NCBI GenBank assembly: GCA_012295275.1
Contig: CM022665.1
Coordinates: forward strand, 7,998,001 to 8,062,000
Direction of reading: 5' to 3'
Length of the DNA: 64,000 nt
Origin: Chrysomallon squamiferum
Lineage: Eukaryota > Animalia > Mollusca
In this document: positions 41,429 to 53,400 of the stretch, piece after piece
Layout of the letters: each line of letters begins with the position of its first letter
How positions within the stretch are numbered: position 1 is the first letter of the stretch
Translations under genes and position numbers: made by a program
Notes under the pieces: model-generated
Told to the model about the DNA's origin: nothing
Seen by the model: the letters and a program-made list of their open reading frames with translations, nothing else
Databases searched by the model: none

Positions 41429-44400
41429 TTTTTTATTATTATTATTATAATTGTTGTTATTACTAAATTATTTATAAAATATATTTATAAGAAGATTTAT
41501 ATTTTTATTATAATAATTATATATTTTCAGAAGGAACAGTTTCAGAATAAAAATCAGAATTTAAAAAAAGAAAAGAAATGGAGTATGCTGTTATTTCTCA
41601 CAATATTACCCATTTTTATTTTACAGACATAATGTGGAACTAAGTGCTCAACTTGGCTTGGTGGTTGACAATTTTTCCACACAAACAGCCATTAACAGAA
41701 AAAATTATTACCTCCCCTGGGAGCCAGCTCATCATTTAAATGAGCAGGAAAATGTGCTGGGTTAACCTAAAAATATAAACGATAGGGACTTGGCATTTAC
41801 ATCGCCATCCCATTTACATTTAGTTTTAGAATTACCTATTCTATGTGCTTCAGTTACAAAATGATACTGAATTATTCATCTCAATTCTAACATTATGGCA
41901 ATTCATTAAATGATTAAAAGATTAAATGATGAAAGAGATGAAGCCTTTGTTGTCTTTGATCTAAAAGCACAGAGGACAATGAGAAGTCAGTTTAAAAATG
42001 GTTATTAACATGGGGCTCAGGGAGAAAAGAGTGCGCAGATGAAATTTTAGCTTGAAAGATGATGACCATAAAACAAGTGAGTTTCAAATGAAAAGCCACA
42101 TTATTCTCTTAATTCAGTACAACTAATTAATGCAAATTATCTTTCACATAATGTTAGTAGGTTAATATGTCAAAAATCAAATCAAGAATTACAACATCAA
42201 ACTACAAATAAAGTAACACATTATATTACGTCATGTGACAACACAATATAATATATATATATACCTGACTGTTTCTATCATTAATTAGCTCTATGGACCA
42301 TCTTCCTTCATGTTTTATCCACACAAAGATAACACCTCGACTGTCACATGTTGCTAATTTCTGGTATGGCTCATTCCATCGAACCAAAATAGTCTGCAAT
42401 ATATAAAATAGTAAACTGAAAACATAAGAATAGCAGGAACTGCTTGATTTTAAAACTGAATTGCTTTAAAACGTATTTATGGATTCATGGTTTTGCTTTG
42501 GAGTAATAAAAGTAAAAATGTGTTGTTTTTTTCTCAAAACAAAAGTAATTCCAATGTGTTAATTTAGTTCAGCATATGAAACAAGTAATAAATATAAATT
42601 TAATAGAACTCCATTTGCTTTCCATTAGCTGTAGCTTCTTTTTTTTTTTTTTTTTTTTTTTTTTCACTTCAATTAAATTAGTATTTAGGTTGCTGATATT
42701 TTTCTTATTTTATTTACTTAGTTACTAGAATTATAGTTTGTATCTCTCTCTATGATTTTAAATCTGGTGTGACTGTTAACAAATTATAAATCATTATTCA
42801 GAGAAAAAACATCATTATATATTTGCATTATCATTTTATTTTCAGTATGCAAAAATACCATTAAAAAAAATCCTCAGTCAAAAATAAGGACAGGATTGAG
42901 AAAACTGACTGGACTGTAATAAAGTCTCTAAGGAATCTGTCAGAACATAAATTTGCTCAGTCTGCAATAAAAGCAGTCAGGTTATATTCTGAAAAATTAT
43001 CTTCAATCAGGCACACACACACAGCAAATCTTTATCATTATTAGTGAGGTGGAATTTTCATCAAATGTTCTTTAATTCAATATTCAACTTCATTGGACAC
43101 AGAGTATGAGCAACAAATTGTCATCTTACTGGGGCCCAGCTGGATCTAACTTTCACAGACCGTAACAGATCCATCAGTAATATGAATCAGGTGACTAATT
43201 TATTTAAAATTAGAAAAGTAAAACAATACCAAGAAAGAAAAGAAAATAACTGAAAATATACATGTTCAACATATGTGCACATTTTACAACAAAATGAAAT
43301 ACAATTCCGATTTCATTTTACCTGATGCCTTTAAAAGAAGACAGAATACCATTTGATTAGATTGAACTGAAGAAATAAATAACATGCTGGTTTTAACATC
43401 AGCAATAGAGACAAATAATTCAAAATATTCTCTGATCTTCAAATTTTGGTTCACAGGAAAACATTTTTAATGCAGGTTCAAAATTTAAAAAAAGTAAGTA
43501 CCTGCAGTACCTAAATACGCTTTATAAAAATCTTTACATTTTAAAACAAAGAAATATTTACATTTGTTTTTTCTTTTTTTTCTTTTTTTTTAAATGAAGT
43601 AGTTCAAATTAATCATTAATATATTAAAAGGTAGAAACTGCCTTTATTTCTAAATACATGTTCAAATAAAGTTGCTTTAACCAGTGAAGAACAAAACTAT
43701 TAATGGAAGCATTTTAGAAAAAAAGAAATCAATAAACAATATTCTGAGGACAATATGACCCAATCCCAAAATTTTTAAAGTTACAATTATTTTTATGACA
43801 TCTGGATGAAGACACCAAAGTTCATGTTACTCTGATGGTTCATGGCAAGTAGCTTAGGAATATGCCAAACTTGCCAGCAAACTAAGAAATTAGAGTGTTT
43901 CAAACAACTGTGTACACTACCAGACTAAAACAGCCAATACATCAACCATGACAAGATGATGCTGAAACAAAACAGAGATGACTGTAAGTCATTAAGTCAT
44001 ACTCAAATTTCCCTTAAATACATTAGATCTTGACAACTTTGCATGACCTGTTCTCTTAGATAATATCTGAAGCTAATCACATTGAATGTTTGACAACTAA
44101 GTTACATTTGAAGTTTCACTCTACTGCCAAATGTTATCTATGTGTACCATAATAACTAAACCAGTCAATTTTTTTATTATTATTTTTTTTTTTTGTGTTG
44201 TTGAAGGCATTTAAATTAATATATAAAAGATGCAACAGAAAATGAAAACAAAAAAAAATAAATAAAAAATTCCGTCCTATTACAAACAAGAAAAAAATCA
44301 TAACAAAGAAAGTATGATTGGCAACATTTTAAGAATTTTTTTTTTAAATCTCTAACAGTTATTGTACCTTTTATTTTCTTAAATATATTATTTGTATTTA

Positions 44401-47400
44401 ATCAAAGAAAGAAATACATTTAAGAACTATTCTGATATTTAAATGTTTCTTTATTTTGTTATTTTTTAACAGTGAATTTTCTCAAGTTGCCAAGTCTCCT
44501 TTTTTTCAGCTCAGATGCTCAATTTGAAAGGCATATCTCAGTGAGCAAGAAGCTCCTACAAATTAAACATAAAGCTTGGTCAAAAACTGTGCACAGAAAG
44601 TAAATAAAACACCAGCTCAAATGAGCACTGACAACTGCTGCTCAATGATATTAAAATTTATAACTTGATTAGTTTTAGGAGGAGACAGACCCAGCTCCAG
44701 TAACATCAAACAATCAGTCGAGTGCATGTACTGCTAACACAATTTACAGAGCTTGTCCAATATCAGCTAACCAAATATATTTCCACTGTGTGTCTGGAAT
44801 TCAACAACTGATCTGTATTCAGGTCCAGATTCACATAAGACCAACTCCACTTTCTAATGACTTCAGATGATGATGATAGATGGGCAAGAGTCTGCTGATT
44901 TTCTTAAGACTTTTACTAATCTGGCTGTACACAAGAACTAATCCAGTACTCTGTATGGATATCTCATTAATTAGGTGTTGTAACTGAACTGATGAAAATC
45001 TTTAGATTCTTTTCTAACATACAACTCCATCTGATGAACTTTACATAGATGTAGTATCTGATTAATCTCTTTATGTAGATGTTCGCCTTTCTTAATTGAT
45101 CATAAAACATCTGTTTTATTTATACAGTTTAACTTTTAAAGATACCAGGAATATGCAGATACTGTTTAAACCTTAGAAATGTTTTGGAATAATTCTAGAC
45201 AATTAAAGTTAAAGCTAAAAGAATGCCATTATCAAAAGATCAGCCAATACGATACTTCTATCAGAATTTTAAGTTTTCCCACCAGTTATGTTATTTCAAT
45301 AAAATTTCATTCAGTAACAGTCAATAATCTCATCAAAATTCATTCTGGTTGCAAATCTAAAGAATAAATGAAATGTTCATGCTTGCCAATAAGTCCTGAT
45401 GAAATTGTCATAGGTTAATTTCTAACCATACATCAAAGCCAAAGTGTTTAACATGACCATTAACTTGGCTGTCAGAAGCATCTCTTAAGTGACACTGAGC
45501 TTGATTCCCAAGTTTCCATCTTACAATCATTTGAAACTACCTTCAAATAGCTATACACAGATTTCAAAGTAATGGAAGAAGTAGAATAATTCCACAGATT
45601 CAATTACTTCAGACCAGTCATCTATTTTTTACACAACAGGTCAAATTCATGTGCAACTATCAAATCAAAAGTAATTCACTTAACTATTTTTTCCATTCTG
45701 CAGATAAACCACTCTCCCTCTTGTCATGTTACTTTAACTTCATTGTTCTTATTTCCCTTTTTAAGGAATTTTTAACAAATCACATTAAAAAGCTATGTAT
45801 TTTTTGCATGCAGGTGTGCATACAGCTATATAAATAAGTGTTTATCCACACACATATAAACAAATATGCATACCCTGTCTTAAAACCTGTTAATTACACC
45901 AAAAATGACACTTTTCTTTAACTTAAATGTTTCTTCCAAAATATAATCTCATTTTTGCAGAATTAATGTAGATAGTTTACTCTTCAAAAATATCAAAATT
46001 TAACTATATATTTATAAATTAGGATAAGGAACAAAGAAAAAATGTAAATATATGATCAGTAACTTTAAAAATATATAACTCTATGTTTCTGTAATTCAAA
46101 TATAATGTATTTTATTTCAGTCATACTGCTGGAAACTATCAGTGTGACAAAAATAAATGTGTTATTGTTTTAGAATGGTTAAGAGAAAACCGTGGGAAAA
46201 ACATGAAAATACAGATGATGATTTCATTTTATTTTTGATGTGAAATTTTTTAAATGACAACAACTTCGTCTTAAAGTAGAAATGGTTACTGAAGCAATTA
46301 TAATTTCAAATATAATCATGTGAAAATTCTAATTAATGTGCAGCCACTGTTCTATGAAGTAAAAAAAAATTAATATTAATTTTAAAAATGTATAAAATAC
46401 CTATAAAACTGTATTTATTATGACTCTTGTATGACTAATAGAAAGACTGATAATGAAAGGTGACTAATGGAAAACTAAAGAAAAACACCATTAGAACTTT
46501 CTGCATGTATTATGTATTTTAGAATGTTGTTATGAAACATTAATGAATGGTACAAACCATTTGAAGATAAAAAAATAATATGAAACAGTTGTTTTATTTA
46601 TTTATGTTTGTACAGCCAATCCCTGTTTTACAAATGGGTTCCATTCTTTAAACATTCTAAAGCTGAATTGCAAATTTGAACACATGCATTGAATACATTA
46701 TGTCTGTACATTTACTGGAACAGTATGGATACACTGTTAATGATTTTATGGTATCCTGTACTGAACCAAAATTAGTAACAAACTATAGTTCTGTACTGAA
46801 TACTTAACAGAACATTTTTTTTACTACAGTACAGTTCTTTGTTAATATTTAATGGTTGTCTACAGAGGACATGAGTAGGCACTGGTATTAGTGAGACGTT
46901 TGTAACCACAAGGACTGTCTGCATATTTCTAGGTGGAGGCAGCTGGTTTATCAGGGGGAGGGGGTGTTACTAAATTTTTGCTGAACGATGCATTATCTCT
47001 TTTTTTTCTTTTTTTTTTTCTTTCACTTTTCTCCCTTCATTTATCTGTTGTTTGTGGGTTGTTTTTCACTCTCTTTTTTATTTTGTATCCTTGATTAACT
47101 ACTGCTTTTCACCACTGTGACATTATTCAGAACACACACTGAGACAGAACTAAATATTAACATTTGACTGTCTCTAGTAAATACTTAGTGATTAAACTGA
47201 AAACTATGTTCTTTTAGCCCCCAAACAAACACTAGTTCAACAGAAAACAGCCTGACATTGCCATGGTAACAAGTAGATTTTGAAGATCAATAACTAATAC
47301 ATACAAAATGAATCTATGTCTAGTTGTGAGTGAATTCATTTACAACAAACAGATTCTTTCAGAGTGAAATGAAACATGTTAAAAAACAAGATTAAAAACC

Positions 47401-50400
47401 TTGAAGAATGAAAGAACACACCGAATCAATCACTGCAATTTGGCTGAAAGTGTTTTCCAATGGAATTAGTGTGAACAAAGATTTTTTTACAAGGACCATC
47501 ATTATTTAGAATTGGCTTCTAATGCATATGTATTGAGGATAAAAATTGTATTACATGAGCAACAGAAATGCATCACAGTGTTTAATTTAACAATAAATTA
47601 TAAAGACTGAGCAACAAAAGAATATAATCTTCATAATATCAGAGAAGGAAAAGAAATCTGTACAAAAGCAAAATAAATGACATAAAGAAAAGAGTTTCAA
47701 AAGATATTTAAAAGATATTTCATCTAATAAAGAACACATTTTAGTATAAAAACCAAAATGACTGCAATTGCCCTAGCAGTACTCACAGAAATCTATTGCA
47801 GTTTTTTCATTTTTATGTATAACTAGAACTTGCCAATCACAATTTAACAAAGTTATCTATAATCCAAATATTTATTCCCTGTAATATGATTTAATGTGAA
47901 AGAGAAGTTATTTTTTTAAATTATTTTTTAACTACTTTCATTTGGAACAACAATTGTTAACATATCAACAAAAATTGGAACCACTAATCAGAAATATTAT
48001 AAACCAGTGGGAACAATGTTTTTGTAACTGGAACAAGCCAATCACAACTTAACAAAGTTATCTGTAATCCAAATATTTATTCCCTGTAACATGATTTAAT
48101 GTAAAAGAGAAGTATTTTTTATTTTTATTTTAACTATTTTCTTTTGGAACAACAATTGTTAACATATTAACAAAAATCAGAACCACTAATCAGAAATTTT
48201 ATAAACCAGTGGGAACAGTGTTTTTATAATGTATTATAGTGGTATTAAAATAAATTAAAAAAATAGAAATATTTAACAGCTAAAGCCAATACAAAATGAT
48301 TTTCCAGAGATAATTTGCTGGCTAAGATAATCACAATTAAAACAAAAGCTTGATGTAAAGAAATAAACAACAACAACAGAACACTATAATGTTTCATAAT
48401 AAAAGTTTTAAATAATAAAAATAACTAGTAATGTAAAATAAGAACGATAATATAAAATCTGCCAAATTAATTAATCTGTGTAACTTTATGATACTACCAG
48501 TGCAGCAGAAGTCACACAGCTGTGTATTTATCATATGCTACAAGTTCAATTAGTCACTGGGGAATCTCTACTAGCTCACAACCCATACTCAATTCTGCAT
48601 CAAACAACACCTCACATTAATTTAATGGATTGTCTAAAAGAGCGTCTTTTCAACAATGAAACCAACAAAGACATGTTCTGATAATACAAAATGATCATTT
48701 CAGTTACAACTACAGGTATATCTATTGCATAATCTTTCCCATGACTGTAGCACAGAGAAATATTTCTCAGAGCTTGAAATATGCTTCTATAAACCAGAGG
48801 TTCAAGTTGAAGTATGACTTATTTACCCTGAATGTTTGTGTATCATTTAGATGTCAGCTACAAAGAGAGTACTGTGCATGTACCTATCCCCATTTAGTTT
48901 CTAGTACCACTTCCACTAATCAGCATTAGCAGTGACTAAAAGTAATTCATTTCAGATTGAGATACAATATTAAGATGTGAATATGAATTAATTACTGGTT
49001 ATCAACGCAAGTAAATGGTTATCAGGTGTCAAAACATTATGTTATTGTATAAAATATTCATGAAAGGACACTCACCAACCTGACATCATGCATTAAAGAC
49101 AGCAGCAGTGGATATTTATATGCAATTTGCTATACAAAGGAAAACATAAACCATGATCTTTAATTTAAATATTTTAAAATATCTTAGGTTTGTGTGTAAC
49201 AAAAGTTTTTAACAGCTTGCACATTTTTTTTCATCTAGACTTCAGCATGTATTTATTATTAAATATGTTAAGTATTTTTACTATTTTTTTATTTTATTTT
49301 TTTTTGGTGGGGGAGGGTAGTGTTTTTATTTGCTATGAATCAAACAAACGTCTTTAAGTTATATATGTTTTGACTTGGCAGGATGTTATAGGGATTGTCG
49401 AATGTAGTGCTTCTGCTGAATTTATACATTTTATATTATTTCTATCTTAAGTCAGTTATAAATAACATAAATATCAGTTTTAACAAATTTCAAGTGATAT
49501 TTCTTGAAAGTTTTCACATCAGACAGCATTATTCATATCAGAATCTGAAAAAAAAATTGGCTTCAGTAAAAAGAAAAAAATAGTTTAACTGACATATAAT
49601 CTGACAGTTTTGTGTCAACTCTAGCACTAATTATATTGCTAAAATAAAATATGTCAAATGAAACTGATCAACTGACAGCCAGGTGCCAATTACACATATT
49701 TCCAAACAAGTTTTCTTAAGGCAATCTCAGTAGACCAGAAAACCTGTCAAAATTCAGTGTGAATTCTGTTGATATGATTTCCTCCGAGACATACATACAG
49801 TTCATTCCAGCCGAATGAAACTTTAGCACCAACTTCAGAACTGTGTCTTGAATTAAATTATGCAAAATGATGGCCAACTAAATGAAAAGAGGTCTGGGCA
49901 AAAGAATTAATAAAGTACAATAAATTTTTACAAAATCTAAAAACCAGTTTCTCTTCAGAAATAATATTACACACACATACAAACACTTCTACCCTTCTAA
50001 TATAACAGAAAAAAATTAAAAGCATAAAAAAAATAGAAAAGCAAAGAAAAGAAATTTAAAAGTGTGATTGTTTCAGTAATATAAAAAATAATTTTATCTC
50101 AGTACAAGAAAATACTTATTCAAAGTTTAGCCATACATAGGATGAAACATTTAATCAAGAAGCTGTATAAAGTTATCAAAGTATTATAATTAAAATCTAG
50201 AATAAGGGGGGAAGAAGAAAAAAAAATGACACAGATAGATATTCCCTGAATGCATTCTAGTCTCATTGCTTTCAGAGCCAGTCTGAAAGAGATAATCAGG
50301 TTTTGGTAACACAACTGCCATTAACCAAAACAAATTGCATTATTTAATCATTGCAGTAGATTCATCTTCGCAATCATTCAAGGCAAAGACTTTATCATTA

Positions 50401-53400
50401 TGAATGACATAAAGTTTACCATTGCAACAGGATGAAGACAGTATTTGTCTATTCGTGGTTGTCTGCAATCAACAGAAAATGGACCAAAACAACTGATTTA
50501 ACTGCCTAATGGTCAGCCACCATAAACTCTCAGGACAATAATTGCAGAGTCATCTTTGCAACAAAGCTGACCAATCCCACAATCCAAACTTGGCCATTTC
50601 CATACATCATCAAATTGATTGTCCACATAGGACCCTTTAAACCAAGGGATCTAAAATGAATGCATTCGTAATGGAGTCTACACATTGGGAATTGGAAAGA
50701 ACAAATTGAGCAGAAATTACTTTCTTTTGTACCCAATACACTACTTGAAAGAATTTGCAGATTTATCAAAGTTATTTAACTACTTTATTTATAGAATACA
50801 TTCATTTCTAAAACTTAGACATTAATATCTGCATAAAAATGATTACTTGATTGGATTGTGACAAATATATTACAATGAATAAGACAGTAAAAGCAATTCA
50901 AAAGAAGTAAATATACAGTATATAAATTTATAAACAGTAACACACAATAACATCAAAAAATTGGGAATAATTTATCTTTATGTAATATTTGTATTAAGCA
51001 CTCTCAAGTTATTTTTCTTTTTTAAAATCTTGATTTAGGTATTTTTTATCATTTAATTTCTTTTATTTATTTGTTTTTTTGTGGGTGGTTTTGGTTTTTT
51101 TTTATAGTGTTACCCATTTATATGAATCTACTTTCATTAATATGTACATATGTTGGAACAAACAGGTAATCATACAAAATTCCTTATGTGTATTATTATT
51201 ATTATTTAGGGTGACATATCATTACTTGTAACTAAATACTACAATAAAATAATACTTTTACAAAATATCAGAATGCCACCATTTTAACCTTTTATGAAGA
51301 TAATGATGTCATCATCACATAAACTCTGGATTAACAGCTCTACTTTTCTGACATGGTGCCTGGATATTTTCTTCTGTAATCTTTTATACTTAAGACCACA
51401 CAGAAGAATGCAGCAAATATCTTAGACTATTTCTTCATATGTTCACAAGTAGACTTTAATACACATTAATATATTTATACACAGGGCTATTAGTTCTGTT
51501 GAGAACTCTTAACATAATTCATAAAATGTATTTTATTAACTAACAGAGTAATCTTCTTTTTATTTTTGGACATGATGCAAACCATTTGTTTTAAAATAAC
51601 TGACAAGAAACAAACCATAAAATTTATCATTTTTCATGTCACAATGTAACCAGGAATAAATAACACTAATAAAAAAATATTTAAAAACAAGAAAGATACA
51701 TTTTTTTTTTTTTTTTTTTTTTGGATGTAATGTTATAATAATTGTAAGTCTGCTGTTCATGAAGGTATCAAATAAAGAAAATAAAGAATAAAAATGTAGT
51801 TGATAAAAATGTATTTCAATTATCATGTAAAAACTAATATTACTGACAAACAAGACAGATATCATATTTTATGATCTGTAACTGTTATGATCATGAATAT
51901 TTCATGTAGTGGGAATTGTTTTCTCAACAGAGTAAAAGCAGATACTCTTCACTGTCCTAACTTTCTTCGGGGTGTATATAAGTAATCTATGCACATGTGG
52001 GTGAGACATACTGCTATCAGTTAGATGGGTATTTGATGTTGTCATATTATTTATTTATTTATTTATTATTATTATTATTTTTTTTTTTAAGAAGAAGAAA
52101 GTGAAAAAGAAAACATGGGTTAATTCTTTTCATTACTGAATTTATTCTGTGTAATTATTTCACTATTTATTTATTACTTCTTATTACTCATTTGTATGAT
52201 ACTGAAGAAAATATATATATATATATATTTTTTTTGTTTGTTGGTTATATCTATAAAATTGTAATATGTCAAAAAGTTCAGTGTACATTAATAACATTTC
52301 AAGGCTAAAAATAATAAATACACATGCTAAAAGATAAGAGAAGGAGAAATGATCAATAAAATGACGATAGTGTTTATCTTGAATGAAAAATAATACCAGG
52401 ACTTGGATATGCTGAAGTTCCTACATCCTATGATGTTGCTGTGACTTTACCTGCTAACCATCAATATTTAAGAATTTATTCAAGTGGTACTGGCAATATC
52501 CACAATGCTATTCCTGCTGGCTGCCTGATCACCAAGGATAGTGGTTCAGATTGCTTCCGGAGACATGTGATGTGTTCTGTACAGCAGTAGCAATCTAATT
52601 AACCTGATATCATATCAACCATTAATATTTTGTCCATTATTTCATCCACATCTTAACTAATATCCTCTTAGAGAATTACAGTATATTCTTGATATCTTTA
52701 TTGGAATATGTGGTTAACAGAGTTATTTGGTGTCTTGTTGAGAAATTATATTCATGATCATGGACATGAAAAAGAACACACACACACACACACAACAATG
52801 TAATTAATCAACTATTAAACAGTACACAGTGTGGAACTGCCTGACATAGATAAAGAAAAATATAGATTTTCATCTATCAGTTATCAAATGACAAATAACT
52901 ATACCAACAATGATCAGCCATCTTTGTGTTATTTATAAATAGATAATAATGATTTTTTGGCATATAATCAGCGGTTATTATTTCTACAGCATCTTGTTAA
53001 TATCATATTAAATCATGTTCATGTAACTGAATAGAAATTACATGACAATTGTGTTATACAGCATCTTTCCATTCTGTCAAATTATCATAAGTTTGTTACA
53101 GAATTGATAAATCTACCGCAAATTACATTCTGTTCTTTAATTACTGTCCAATTTCCATCAGATCATGTGAAGCAATTGTATGAATAATTCATATGAAACA
53201 AAGTTTATGCCCCAGACAGCATGTATAATAATACTGCTTTAAAGCCAAGTGTACTCTTTTTTCTTTTCTTTTTCATTTTCTTTATTTATTTATTTATTTA
53301 TTTATTACTTTTTCTTTTTTCTTCTTCTTTTTTAATGATTTTAAGATGTAATAAATAAAATATGCATTTTTGTTATTTATTTATTTACATGGACTGATCC

